From Chloroflexota bacterium (GTDB lineage: Bacteria; Chloroflexota; Limnocylindria; Limnocylindrales; CSP1-4), in assembly GCA_021787395.1 (NCBI GenBank), contig JAJYLZ010000001.1, positions 67,967-131,966 on the forward strand: DNA of 64,000 bases. The letters are read 5' to 3'. The translations under genes and the position numbers were made by a program. This document shows positions 36,075-45,640 of the stretch, one piece after another (position 1 is the first letter of the stretch; every line of letters starts with the position of its first letter). The notes under the pieces were generated by a model. That model saw only the letters and a program-made list of their open reading frames with translations. It was not told the origin of the DNA and did not search any database.

Positions 36075-37139
36075 TCAGCGGGGCCGGTCGGAGCTGGCCG
36101 GTCCGCGCCCGTCGGCGCTCCCATCCTCGGCGCCGTCGGGCCCGGCGTCGTCCTGGTCGTCGGCGTCGGCGCCTTCGTCTTCGGGTCCGTCGTCATCGGC
36201 GGGCGCCTCGTCCTCGTCGTCGTAGAGCTCGTCCTCGTCCTCGTCGTCGTAGAGCTCCTCGTCGGGCACGGGCGGCTCCCCCCACCGCTCGTACACCGCG
36301 CCCGGCCGGTGCCGGTAGGCGAGCAGGATCCCGGCCCCCACGAACACGACCGCGGACACGAGCATCGCCGTCGGCACGCCGAAGAACGTCCAGTTGCCCT
36401 CGCGGAAGGTCTCGAGCCAGAAGCGGACGGCCGCGTACCACATGGCCCAGATGATGAACAGGTCCCCGGGCCGCATCCGCGGGCCCCAGCGCCGGGCGAG
36501 CCAGAGCAGGACGAGCAGGCCGAGGACGCCGGAGACGGACTCGTACAGGAACAGCGGCGTGAACCCCGTGGTCTCGAACGGGTACTGCGTGCACGGCCAC
36601 TGCGGGATCCCGTGGTCGCCGATCCGGTGCGCGCAGTCGATCTGGATGCCCCACGGCAGGGTCGTCGGCGGGCCGTACAGCTCCTGGTTGAAGAAGTTCC
36701 CCCAGCGGCCGATCGCCTGCATCGTGAACAGGGCGGGCGCCACCACGTCCGCCCACTTCCAGAACGGCTGCTTCCAGCGGCGGATGATGTAGATGGCCGC
36801 CAGCGTGCCCGTGAGGATCCCGCCGTAGACCCCCAGCCCCGTGTACGGGGGCAGGAAGATCTTGAGGATGTTGTCCTGGTAGAGGTGCCACTGGTCGATC
36901 ACGTGGTAGGCGCGCCCGCCGACGAGGGCAGCGGCCGCGACGATGATGATCCCGTTGTCCACCAGCCGCGCGTCCAGGCCGCGCCGGCGCGCCTCGTGGG
37001 TGACCACGAGATATGACGCGGCGAGGCCGATGGCGTAGCAGACCCCGTACCAGTAGACCGGGATGGGGCCGAGGTGGAACGCGATCGAGTCGGGGGTGAT
37101 CGCGATCATCGCCAGGAAGGGGAGCGTCAGGGTGGGCAT
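36075..37139 (-). CDS. lgt: Prolipoprotein diacylglyceryl transferase with acidic repeat tail
   Basis: 354 aa. Lgt motifs: ..IPVYWYGVCYAIG.., ..GGRAYHV.., ..GLGVYGGILTG.., ..QAIGRWGNFFNQELYG.P. C-terminal tail is EELYDDEDEDELYDDEDE... Confidence 0.92.
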   Translation of the reverse strand: MPTLTLPFLAMIAITPDSIAFHLGPIPVYWYGVCYAIGLAASYLVVTHEARRRGLDARLVDNGIIIVAAAALVGGRAYHVIDQWHLYQDNILKIFLPPYTGLGVYGGILTGTLAAIYIIRRWKQPFWKWADVVAPALFTMQAIGRWGNFFNQELYGPPTTLPWGIQIDCAHRIGDHGIPQWPCTQYPFETTGFTPLFLYESVSGVLGLLVLLWLARRWGPRMRPGDLFIIWAMWYAAVRFWLETFREGNWTFFGVPTAMLVSAVVFVGAGILLAYRHRPGAVYERWGEPPVPDEELYDDEDEDELYDDEDEAPADDDGPEDEGADADDQDDAGPDGAEDGSADGRGPASSDRPR

Positions 37140-37220
37140 GTTGCCGAAGTGTAGCCGGAGCGGCCGAAGCGGCCGTGGGCTACGCTACAGCGCGATGACG
37201 ACGTCCGCCTTCGGGGAGCG

Positions 37221-37532
37221 ATGACCGTGGGGTCCGAGTTCAGCATCTGGCTGCTGATGGTGGGCCTGGTGGCCGGCGGCGCGCTTACCTGGCTCGTCCT
37301 GGGCGAGCTCAGCCGCCGGGACGAGGAGATCGGGGAGCAGGAGCTGCGCGCCGAGGCGACCTGGCTGGCCAGCACGGTCAACCGCGAGGGCTTCGACGCC
37401 GCGCTGGCCGAGGACGTGCTCCGGGCCCACCGCCGGTACCTGGGCTTCCCGCCCCCCGACGCGCTCATCTCGCCGGAGGAGCTCGCCGCGCTCGAGCGCC
37501 AGGCCGCGGAGCCTGCGCAGGCTGAGGCCTGA
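37221..37532 (+). CDS. Hypothetical small membrane-anchored protein (103 aa)
   Basis: ATG with GGGGAG upstream. One N-terminal TM helix (FSIWLLMVGLVAGGALTWLVLG), then a helical acidic region. Coding-like codon use. Confidence 0.5.
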   Translation: MTVGSEFSIWLLMVGLVAGGALTWLVLGELSRRDEEIGEQELRAEATWLASTVNREGFDAALAEDVLRAHRRYLGFPPPDALISPEELAALERQAAEPAQAEA

Positions 37533-37607
37533 CCGCGGCCCCCGCAACCCCCGACCGGTCCCCGGCGCGCACGGGGCCGTCGTCGCCCCTGCCGGCCTGA
37601 CGTCCCG

Positions 37608-38126
37608 TCAGCCGTCCAGCGGATCCGCCGGAGGAGCGGATTCCGGCGAATCCCCGGCAGGCCGCCCGAGCGGGAGCGGACGCCGCTCGAAGCCGGTGCT
37701 GAACACGACGTCGGTCTGGGTCGTGAACACGTTGGGGATGATCTGCACCCGGCGGATGACGTCGCCGAGGTGCTCCATGTCGCGGGCGCGGATCTTGAGG
37801 ATGTAGTCCGCCTCGCCCGCCACGTGGTGGCACTCCTCGATCTCGGCGACCTCCTCGAACCGGGGCATCAGGTCCACCGTGATCGTTCCCGGGGCCTGCG
37901 TCACCCAGGTGAACGCCAGCACGCCCAGGCCGACGGACCGCGGATCCACGTTCGCCGAGTAGCCGACGATGACCCCGCGCGCCTCGAGCTTCTTGACGCG
38001 CTCGTGCGCGGACGGGCCGGCCATCCCGAGGTCGGCCCCCAGGTCGGCATAGGAGCGGCGGCCGTCCACCTGCAGGATCCGGAGCAGGCGCGCATCGGTC
38101 TGGCTGACAGGTTCGTTCTTCGCCAC
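37608..38126 (-). CDS. Lrp/AsnC-family transcriptional regulator
   Basis: 172 aa with an HTH (LDARLLRILQ.DGR.SYADLG...G.S...HERVKKLE..GVI.GY) plus an AsnC/RAM ligand domain. GTG start. Confidence 0.9.
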   Translation of the reverse strand: MAKNEPVSQTDARLLRILQVDGRRSYADLGADLGMAGPSAHERVKKLEARGVIVGYSANVDPRSVGLGVLAFTWVTQAPGTITVDLMPRFEEVAEIEECHHVAGEADYILKIRARDMEHLGDVIRRVQIIPNVFTTQTDVVFSTGFERRPLPLGRPAGDSPESAPPADPLDG

Positions 38127-38154
38127 AGAGCACCTATTCGTTAGGCCGATTGGA

Positions 38155-38183
38155 TTGCTTGCCTCTCGTTCTTAGGCTAGAAT
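38155..38183 (+). promoter_or_regulatory. Near-consensus sigma-70/SigA-type promoter (TTGCTT-17 nt-TAGAAT)
   Basis: -35 at 38155-38160 and -10 at 38178-38183, inside a locally AT-richer patch of the Lrp divergent intergenic region. Confidence 0.55.
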
Positions 38184-38241
38184 GCCAGTACCGTCACAAA
38201 TGGGTGACCTTCGGGCACCCGCCACGCAAGGAAGGTGCACC

Positions 38242-38376
38242 ATGGTCCTCATTGCCGCGGTCGCACTCCTCGCGGTGTTCTCGATCGTCGCCATCGTGCT
38301 GAGCGCCGAGGACACGCGGGAGTACCGCGATCCCCGCGAGAACCCTGTGCTGTGGCGCCTCATGAGCGGTCACTGA
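38242..38376 (+). CDS. Tiny membrane protein (44 aa)
   Basis: ATG 38242 is preceded by AAGGAAGG. Sequence MVLIAAVALLAVFSIVAIVLSAEDTREYRDPRENPVLWRLMSGH. The longer track ORF start (38182) lies inside the -10 box. Flanked by its own promoter and terminator. Confidence 0.5.
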   Translation: MVLIAAVALLAVFSIVAIVLSAEDTREYRDPRENPVLWRLMSGH

Positions 38377-38398
38377 GCACCATCACAGCCTAACGCAC

Positions 38399-38428
38399 GC
38401 GACGCCCCGGCTCCGGCCGGGGCGTCGC
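38399..38428 (+). terminator. Terminator hairpin after the tiny ORF
   Basis: Perfect 12-bp stem GCGACGCCCCGG / CCGGGGCGTCGC with a 6-nt loop, 22 nt after the stop. Confidence 0.55.
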
Positions 38429-38519
38429 GATTCCCTCCCCCCGACCCGGTGGCGCTCGGGTCCGAGCGGGCCGGTCCCGGCGCTATGCTGGGCCTTCACT
38501 CCGAACTCCCGAGGGAGCC

Positions 38520-39455
38520 TTGTTGGACCTGTCACGCCCGCTTCGCCCACTGCCGGCCACGAGTCTGCGGCCCTGGGCCGGGTCGCGGCTGGGCCAGGGC
38601 GTCGGCGAGGTCTGGGTGGCCGGTCCGTCCTCGTCCGTGGAACTGCGCGACGGCCGTGTGCGGACCCTCGACGGGCTGGCCGCCGAGGCTGGGGCGTCGC
38701 TGGTCGGCACGGCGGGGATGGCGATGCTCGGCCCGCGCTTCCCGCTGCTCGCCAAGCTGATCGACGCCGCCGAGTGGCTGTCGCTCCAGGTCCACCCGGA
38801 CGACGAGCTCGCCCGGGACCTCTACGGTCCGCAGGCGGTCGGCAAGGACGAGGCCTGGGTCGTGCTGGAGGCGGCTGCCGGCACGCGCATGGTGGTCGGC
38901 CCGGCTCGCACGCTCAGCGCCGCCGAGGCGATGGCGCTGGTCGCCGGCGGCGCCATGGGGCTCGAGTCGTGCGAGGTCCGCCCGGTCCGGCCGGGCGACA
39001 CGCTCGACGTCCGCGCGGGGACGATCCACGCGATCGGACCGGGCGCCTTCGTATACGAGCTCGAGCAGCCGTCGGACCTCACCTTCCGGATCAGCGACTG
39101 GGGCCGGCCGCCCACCCCGGAGCGACGCCTGCACCTTGCGGAGGCGGCGCGGGCCGTGGAGCCCTCGCTCCACGCCGAGCTGGCCGGAACCGGGTGGCGG
39201 CTCGACGGCGGCGCCCTGAACGGCCGGCGCATCCGCCTGGAGCTCGTCGCGTCCGGCACCGCCGCGCTCCGACGGCCCGCCGGCCGCTCGCCGGAGGTCG
39301 TGACCGCGGTCGCGGGTCCGGTCACGCTGGCCGGCGCGGGCTTCCGCGAGCAGTTGGCGCCCCTCGAGACGGCCGTCCTTCCGGCAGCGGTGGACGCCTG
39401 CGAGATCGTGGCCGACGACGGCGCGGTGGCGCTGGTGGGGTCGCTGCCGCGCTGA
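38520..39455 (+). CDS. Type I phosphomannose isomerase (cupin) family protein
   Basis: 311 aa. PMI-like motifs: ..PLLAKLIDAAEWLSLQVHPDD.., ..GKDEAWVVL.., ..IHAIGPGAFVYELEQPSDLTFRISDWGR. TTG start. Confidence 0.8.
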   Translation: MLDLSRPLRPLPATSLRPWAGSRLGQGVGEVWVAGPSSSVELRDGRVRTLDGLAAEAGASLVGTAGMAMLGPRFPLLAKLIDAAEWLSLQVHPDDELARDLYGPQAVGKDEAWVVLEAAAGTRMVVGPARTLSAAEAMALVAGGAMGLESCEVRPVRPGDTLDVRAGTIHAIGPGAFVYELEQPSDLTFRISDWGRPPTPERRLHLAEAARAVEPSLHAELAGTGWRLDGGALNGRRIRLELVASGTAALRRPAGRSPEVVTAVAGPVTLAGAGFREQLAPLETAVLPAAVDACEIVADDGAVALVGSLPR

Positions 39456-39498
39456 GCGGGCCCCGACGGTCGGCGCGGGGCGGCCTACACTCCCCGAG

Positions 39499-40500
39499 AT
39501 GGACCAGCCTCCGCCGCTCCGCTACCTCTCGGCCTCGGACGTGGCGGCCGCCATGCCCTCGCTGCCCGAGCGCCTCGAACTCGCCGAGGCGACCCTGCGC
39601 GGGCTCGCCGGGCCCGCCGAGCTGCCCGCCAAGATCGCCGTCCACCCGCGTCCGGACGGCTCGTTCGGCCACGCCATGCCCGCGTTCCTGCCCGGCGGTG
39701 CGCCCGACGGGTCGGCCGACCGGCTGGGGATGAAGTGGGTGCTCGGGTTCGGGGCCAACAGTGCTTTGGGCCTGCCCGCCATCAGCGCCACGCTGCTCCT
39801 CAACGATCCGCGTACGGGGTTCGCCATCGCCATCCTCGACGCCGGGCCCATCACCGCCCAGCGCACCGCGGCCGTGTCCGGCGTGGCCGTGCGGGCGTGG
39901 GCCGCCCCCGCTGACCCGACGCGACCGCGCGCCGCGCTGATCGGCACGGGCGTTCAGGGGAACAGCCACCTGCCGGTTCTGGCGCACGTGCTGCCGGGCG
40001 CCGAGATCGCCCTGTTCGACCGTGACGCCGCGCGCGCGGAGGCCCTGGCCGACGTCGGGCGCCGCCTGCCGGGCGTCGCCAGCGTCCGAGTCGCGGCCAC
40101 TGCCCGGGCCGCGGTCGAGGGTGCCGACGTGGTGGTGACCGCCGCCTCGTTCGCGCCCCCCTCCGAGCGCCAGGCGATGACCGGCGACTGGCTCGCCCCC
40201 CAGGCGCTGGTGGTCCCGGTGGACTACGCGACGATGTGCTCGGCCGAGGTGGCCCGGGGGGCTGCCCTGTTCGTCACCGACCACACCGAGCAGTTCCTGG
40301 CCAACCGCGATGCCGGCCAGTTCGACGGCTACCCCGAGCCGCACGCCATGATGGGCGCCGTGCTCGCGTCGGGGTCGCCCCGCCCGGCCGGGCGCGTGGT
40401 GGCGACGCACCTGGGGACCGGTCTCGCGGACGTGGTGTTCGGCACGGCGATCCTGGCCCAAGCGCAGCGACGCGGCCTCGGCACGCTCCTGCCGCGTTGA
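39499..40500 (+). CDS. Ornithine cyclodeaminase / mu-crystallin family protein
   Basis: 333 aa: ..MKWV.GF..N...GLP.I.A...LND..TG......DA..IT..RTAAVSGVA.., Rossmann IGTGVQG..H. Confidence 0.82.
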   Translation: MDQPPPLRYLSASDVAAAMPSLPERLELAEATLRGLAGPAELPAKIAVHPRPDGSFGHAMPAFLPGGAPDGSADRLGMKWVLGFGANSALGLPAISATLLLNDPRTGFAIAILDAGPITAQRTAAVSGVAVRAWAAPADPTRPRAALIGTGVQGNSHLPVLAHVLPGAEIALFDRDAARAEALADVGRRLPGVASVRVAATARAAVEGADVVVTAASFAPPSERQAMTGDWLAPQALVVPVDYATMCSAEVARGAALFVTDHTEQFLANRDAGQFDGYPEPHAMMGAVLASGSPRPAGRVVATHLGTGLADVVFGTAILAQAQRRGLGTLLPR

Positions 40501-40627
40501 CGCGGGCGCGGCGCTGCCGCGCTGAACGCGCCGCGGCCGAGGCGGCGCCGCGAGACGGCCTCCCGCGCCGCCTCCGCGTCGGGCAGACTGGCGGGCACCC
40601 TGAGCACTGAGGAGCGGAGGACCGATC

Positions 40628-43249
40628 ATGGGGCGCAAGACGCGGCGTGGCCTGGCGGTGGTCGCGGTCGTGGTGCTGGTGGTCCTGGCGCTCGCCGTCG
40701 GCAGCGTGGGCTGGGTCACCGCCGTCTCCCAGCCGGTGTCTGCCGGCACGCTCTCGGTGGCCGGCCTCCACGGGCGCGTCCAGGTGGACCGCGACCTCAA
40801 CGGCATCACGCAGATCACGGCCTCGGACAGCCACGACCTGTTCTTCGCCCAGGGCTGGGTCCACGCGTCCGAGCGCCTGTGGCAGATGGAGGTGTGGCGG
40901 ATGGCCGGCGCCGGCCGGCTGGCCGAGATCCTGGGCAAGGCCGCCCTCAAGCAGGACGAGTTCATCCGCACGCTCAACTGGCGCGGCGCGGCCGAGCGCG
41001 ACTACGGGGCCCTGTCCGACACGGCGAAGGCCGTCCTCCAGGCCTACAGCGACGGCATCAACGCCTACATCGACGGCCACCCGGATCCCCTCGGCGCGGC
41101 GTTCGAGCTGGTCGCCCTCCAGTACGGCCTCGGCGACGCGCTGCACGGCTACCGGCCCGAGCCCTGGGGGCCGCTCGACGTGCTGACCTTCGCGAAGGTC
41201 GAGGCCTGGAGCCTGGGCGGCAACATGGACACCGAGATCTTCCGGATGCTGGAGGACCAGCGCCTGGGCGACCCCAAGATCACCGACGAGCTGTTCCCCG
41301 CCTACCCCGCCGACCGGCCGGTCATCGCCTCGCCGCAGCAGACCGGCATCACGACCTCGTCCATCTCGCCGCCGGAGGCCACCCCGTCGGCGAGCGCCCC
41401 GGCGCTGATCACCGCCGCCAGCGCGGGCGCCTGGGCCGACCTCGCGCAGACCGCGGGGGGCATCGGGGCCGAGCTGGGGATCACGCAGGCCCGGGGCATG
41501 GTGGGCATGCCCGGCATCGGCTCGAACAACTGGGTCGTGGACGGCAGCTACACGAAGAGCGGCAAGCCGATGCTGGCCAACGACCCCCACCTGGGCTTCA
41601 ACATGCCCTCGATCTGGTACGTGAACGGCCTCCACTGCGCCCAGGTCACGCCCGCCTGCCCCTACGACGTGACCGGCGTGACCTTCCCGGGCACGCCCGG
41701 CGTGATCGCGGGGCACAACGAGCGGATCAGCTGGGGCGTGACCAACGTCAACCCCGACGTCCAGGACCTGGTGATGGAGAAGGTCGACCCGGCCGACCCG
41801 ACCAGGTACCTCACCGCGACGGGCTCGGCGCCGTTCACCGTCCGCACCGAGGACATCAAGGTGGCCGGCGGCAAGGACGTGACCCTGACCGTGCGCGAGA
41901 CCAGCCACGGCCCCATCGTCAACGACGCCGACGCGCGGCTGGCCGGCAACCCGACGCTGTTCGCGCTGCGCTGGACCGCCACGACCCTGCCCGACCGCGT
42001 CCTGGAGTCGTTCCTCGACATCGACACCGCGGGCAACTGGACGCAGTTCCGCGACGCGCTGCGGCTGTACGGCGCGCCGTCGCAGAACTTCGTCTACGCG
42101 GACGTGGACGGGAACATCGGCTACCAGATGCCGGGAGCCATCCCGATCCGCACCAGCCCGGCGGACCACGGGCTGCGGCCGGTGCCGGGCTGGGACGGCC
42201 AGCACGAGTGGACCTCGTACATCCCGTTCGACCAGCTGCCGTCGGTGTACGACCCGCCGTCGGGGCGGATCGTGACCGCGAACAACCCCGTGGACGCGGG
42301 CTCGCTGTTCATCGGCGCGGAGTACGACCGCGGCGACCGGGCGGCTCGCATCACAGCGCTGCTCGACGCGGCCAAGGGCACGGTGACGGAGCAGACGATG
42401 GCCGCGATCCAGGGCGACACGACGCTCCTGCGGGGCGCCCGCATGCAGGCGGCCCTGCGCTCGATGGACCCGCACCCCGCCACGGCCGACGGGCAGGCCG
42501 TGCTTGACCAGATCCTCGCCTGGGACGACACGTGCCCGGTGGCGTCCACCGGCTGCACCTCGTTCAGCGTGTTCGAGCTGGCCGTCGAGCGGGCGATCTT
42601 CGACGACGACCTGGGGCCGTGGGCGGCGTACTACGTTGGCTCTGACTGGGCGAACGACCTGGCGGCGACGCTGATCGGGACGCCCGACGGCCGGGCGTCC
42701 GCCTGGTGGGGCGACCGCAAGTCCGGCACCGGCGCGGACGCGGCCGCGGTCACGGCCCGGGCGCTCGACACGGCGGGCAGCTGGCTGCGCCGCGACCTGG
42801 GCGACCCGACCGTGTGGACGTGGGGGCGGATCCACCGCATCGCGTTCCGCGAGGCCACGTTCGGCTCGGCCGGCATCGGCCCGCTCGACTGGTACTTCGA
42901 CACCTCGCCCGTGCCCGTGGACGGGGCGGCCGGCGCCGTGGACAACACGTACTACCAGTGGTCGGTCGCCTACCCCGACCCGGTCGACGGCACCCCGCCG
43001 GCCGCGACCACGCTGGCGGGCATCTTCGCCGTCACCAACGGCCCGTCGATGCGGGCGATCTACGACATGGGCGACCTCGACGCCTCGCGGATCGTGACCA
43101 CCACGGGCCAGAGCGGCGTCCCGTTCAGCTCGCACAACACGGACTTCATCGCCAAGTGGCTGGCCGACGAGACGGTGCCCCTGCCGTTCTCGGCACAGGC
43201 CGTCTCGAAGGCGTCCGCGGCGAAGCTCATCCTCCAGCCGGCTCCGTGA
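40628..43249 (+). CDS. Penicillin acylase-family Ntn hydrolase (S45; possibly acyl-homoserine-lactone/beta-lactam acylase)
   Basis: 873 aa with an N-terminal TM/signal anchor. ..DLFFAQGWVHASERLWQME..R.. and the beta-subunit N-terminal nucleophile motif GSNNWVV...SGKPMLANDPHL. Confidence 0.88.
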   Translation: MGRKTRRGLAVVAVVVLVVLALAVGSVGWVTAVSQPVSAGTLSVAGLHGRVQVDRDLNGITQITASDSHDLFFAQGWVHASERLWQMEVWRMAGAGRLAEILGKAALKQDEFIRTLNWRGAAERDYGALSDTAKAVLQAYSDGINAYIDGHPDPLGAAFELVALQYGLGDALHGYRPEPWGPLDVLTFAKVEAWSLGGNMDTEIFRMLEDQRLGDPKITDELFPAYPADRPVIASPQQTGITTSSISPPEATPSASAPALITAASAGAWADLAQTAGGIGAELGITQARGMVGMPGIGSNNWVVDGSYTKSGKPMLANDPHLGFNMPSIWYVNGLHCAQVTPACPYDVTGVTFPGTPGVIAGHNERISWGVTNVNPDVQDLVMEKVDPADPTRYLTATGSAPFTVRTEDIKVAGGKDVTLTVRETSHGPIVNDADARLAGNPTLFALRWTATTLPDRVLESFLDIDTAGNWTQFRDALRLYGAPSQNFVYADVDGNIGYQMPGAIPIRTSPADHGLRPVPGWDGQHEWTSYIPFDQLPSVYDPPSGRIVTANNPVDAGSLFIGAEYDRGDRAARITALLDAAKGTVTEQTMAAIQGDTTLLRGARMQAALRSMDPHPATADGQAVLDQILAWDDTCPVASTGCTSFSVFELAVERAIFDDDLGPWAAYYVGSDWANDLAATLIGTPDGRASAWWGDRKSGTGADAAAVTARALDTAGSWLRRDLGDPTVWTWGRIHRIAFREATFGSAGIGPLDWYFDTSPVPVDGAAGAVDNTYYQWSVAYPDPVDGTPPAATTLAGIFAVTNGPSMRAIYDMGDLDASRIVTTTGQSGVPFSSHNTDFIAKWLADETVPLPFSAQAVSKASAAKLILQPAP

Positions 43250-44235
43250 CCCCCGCGAGCAGCGCTTCCGCCGTCCGGGGGCGCGAGTCCCTGACCGGCT
43301 CGCTGGCCGCCGTCGTCGCGGCCATGATGTTCGGCATGCTCGGCCCGGTCACGCGGCTGGCCGGCGACGCCGGCCTGCCCGGCATCGGGATGACGGCCTG
43401 GCGCGCGCTCCTCGGCGTGGCGTTCCTCGCCGTCGTGATCGCCGTGACGGGCGGGGCCGACGAGTTCGCGGCCGCGATGCGTGGCCTCGACCGGCACGGC
43501 GCGGCCGCGCTGGCCACCGCGGCGGTGTCGGGGCTCGTCCTCAACGCGGCCATCTTCACGGCCTTCGGCCTGGCCCCCGTGGCCCTGGTCCTGATGATGT
43601 TCTACACGTACCCCGCAGGCGTGGCCGTCGTGGACATCCTGATGGGCCACGAGCGCATGACGCGCTGGCGGGCGTCGGCGCTCGCGCTCTCGATGGCCGG
43701 GGTCGTGCTCGTGCTGGCCGGCGGCTCCCCCACCGCCGAGGCCGCGCCCAACGTGGCCGCCGGGGTGCTGCTCGGGCTGCTCGCGTCGGCCGCGCAGGTG
43801 CTGTTCGTGACCGTCAGCCGGAACGGGTACCACTCGGTGCCGGCGGCGGGAGCGTCGGCCGTGATCATGTCCGTCGCCGTGGTCGGCGCGGCGGTCATCG
43901 CCATCGCGGCGGGCCAGGGCGCGGGGCTCCTCGTGCCCTTCGACACGCTGGGCGTGTGGCCCCTCATCCTGCTGGCCGGCGTCGCGGCCGCGGGCGTCTC
44001 GTCGTGGCTGTTCCTGGTGGCGATCCGGCGGATCGGCGGGACGAGGGCGGGGATCCTGATGCTGTTCGAGCCGGTCACCGGGGTCGTCCTCGCCACGGTC
44101 GTGCTCGGGGAGTCCATGACCGTCGCCCAGATGGCCGGCACGGCGCTGGTGCTGCTGGGGGCCCTGGTCCTGCAGCGCGGATCCGAGCCGGCGCTCGAGC
44201 CGCTGGTGGAGACGGCGGCCGGTCCGGTGGTCTGA
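43246..44235 (+). CDS. EamA/DMT-family transporter
   Basis: Start at GTG 43246, overlapping the acylase stop (GTGA). About 10 TM helices and a duplicated EamA pattern. Confidence 0.8.
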   Translation: MTPASSASAVRGRESLTGSLAAVVAAMMFGMLGPVTRLAGDAGLPGIGMTAWRALLGVAFLAVVIAVTGGADEFAAAMRGLDRHGAAALATAAVSGLVLNAAIFTAFGLAPVALVLMMFYTYPAGVAVVDILMGHERMTRWRASALALSMAGVVLVLAGGSPTAEAAPNVAAGVLLGLLASAAQVLFVTVSRNGYHSVPAAGASAVIMSVAVVGAAVIAIAAGQGAGLLVPFDTLGVWPLILLAGVAAAGVSSWLFLVAIRRIGGTRAGILMLFEPVTGVVLATVVLGESMTVAQMAGTALVLLGALVLQRGSEPALEPLVETAAGPVV

Positions 44236-44530
44236 GGGGCGCGGCCCGGGAGCGCCTGCCTCCCGGCCACGCGCACGACCCCGCGCCGGACCGCCCGGCC
44301 ACCGCTAGTCCAGTCCGGCACAGGGTTCCGGGTAGTTCCGCGATTTGCGAACGATGCGGAAACGGGCTCCCCACAGCGTGCCTTCGGCCGCCGGCCGGCG
44401 CCCGAGCATCGGCCTCAACCGAAAGCGAGCGCGGCGCCGACCGGGCAGGCCCCTCGACCCGTGGGCTATGGTAAGGACCCGTCGTCCGGCGCCGGCCGGC
44501 CACGCGGATCGTGTGCGGAGGCCATCGCCC

Positions 44531-45238
44531 ATGGTCAGGGTTGAGGGGCTTGAGGACCGGGTCGCGGTCGTGACCGGCGGCGGGCGCGGCATCGGACTCG
44601 CGATCTGCCGGCTGCTGGTGGAGAACGGAGCCCGCGTCGCGACCCTCGACCTCACCCCGCCAGACGAGCCGGGCATCCTGGGGATCGAGGCCGACGTCTC
44701 CGACGAGGCCTCCGTGAACGCCGCCTTCGACGAGCTCGAGGCGAAGCTCGGCCGGGCCACGATCCTGGTGCTCAACGCCGGCATCCTGCCGCTCGTCCCG
44801 CTCGAGGAGACCTCCACCGAGCTCTGGGAGCGGACGCTGGCGATCAACCTCACGGGCGGGTTCCTGGTGGCCCGCCGGGCGCTGCCGGGCATGCAGGCGC
44901 TCGGCTACGGACGGGTCGTGGGCCTGGGCGCCGCGGCCGGCAAGTCGGGCGGGGCCAGGTCGGCCGCCTACGCGGCCTCGAAGGCCGGCCTGATGATCCT
45001 GGTGAAGTCGATCGCCGCCGAGTACGCCCGCGACGGGATCACCGCCAACATCGTCGCGCCGGCGCTGATCGACACCCAGCTGCTGGGCGCCACCCGCGAG
45101 GTGGCCCGGCGTGTACCGGTGGGCCGGTTGGGGACCGCCGAGGAGGTGGCCGCCGCCGTGGCGTTCCTGGTCTCCGGCGAGGCGGGGTACATCACGGGCG
45201 AGGTCCTCGACATCAACGGCGGCACGCTCATCGACTGA
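44531..45238 (+). CDS. Short-chain dehydrogenase/reductase (FabG-like)
   Basis: Start at ATG 44531. TGGGRGIG cofactor motif, NAG, and the YAASKAG catalytic motif. Confidence 0.88.
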   Translation: MVRVEGLEDRVAVVTGGGRGIGLAICRLLVENGARVATLDLTPPDEPGILGIEADVSDEASVNAAFDELEAKLGRATILVLNAGILPLVPLEETSTELWERTLAINLTGGFLVARRALPGMQALGYGRVVGLGAAAGKSGGARSAAYAASKAGLMILVKSIAAEYARDGITANIVAPALIDTQLLGATREVARRVPVGRLGTAEEVAAAVAFLVSGEAGYITGEVLDINGGTLID

Positions 45239-45295
45239 GCCGCCGCCACGCGCCCGTCGCTCCGACCGCCGCCCGAGCCCCGACGCCCAGTCTGC

Positions 45296-45640
45296 CTAGT
45301 CCTCGTTCACCGCAAGCGGCCCGTCCGGCACCTCGATCAGCACCCGCCCGCCCTCCTCCACGACGGGGTAGACGGCGAGCGGCAGGTCGGCCGGCGGGTC
45401 GAGCGCCGTGCCGTCGCCCAGGTCGAACCGCGACAGGTGCAGCGGGCAGGTCAGCGTGCCCCGGGTGAGGAACCCTCGGTCGAGCTCGAAATACTCGTGC
45501 GAGCAGGTGCCCTGGAGCGCGTGGAGGACCCCGCCCGAGCGGACGACGAGCACCGGGCTCGCCCCGCCGTCCACCCAGACCATCTGCATCTCGCCCTCCG
45601 CCACCGCGTCGGCGGCGAGGAGGTCGATCCGCCGCGTCAC
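45296..45640 (-). CDS. Rieske [2Fe-2S] ferredoxin-like protein of the suf operon
   Basis: Start at GTG 45640, overlapping the sufD stop (GTGA). 114 aa with Rieske ligand boxes CSHEY and CPLHLSRF. Confidence 0.8.
   Translation of the reverse strand: MTRRIDLLAADAVAEGEMQMVWVDGGASPVLVVRSGGVLHALQGTCSHEYFELDRGFLTRGTLTCPLHLSRFDLGDGTALDPPADLPLAVYPVVEEGGRVLIEVPDGPLAVNED

Noticed and set aside
35990-36196. Upstream starts (36196, 36124) for the second PlsC gene
   Set aside because: They would add a Pro/Thr/Ala low-complexity N-terminus and overlap the lgt C-terminal tail by 50-120 nt. GTG 35989 has a GGAG RBS and gives a length matching the paralogue.
38182-38241. Longer 64-aa version of the tiny ORF starting at ATG 38182
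   Set aside because: That ATG lies inside the predicted -10 hexamer (TAGAAT, 38178-38183). The first 20 codons are not hydrophobic or conserved-looking. ATG 38242 has a proper RBS.
40274-43135. 953-aa minus-strand ORF opposite the penicillin-acylase-family gene
   Set aside because: Same reasoning. The plus-strand gene has the GSNNW nucleophile motif and the family pattern; the antisense translation has no features.
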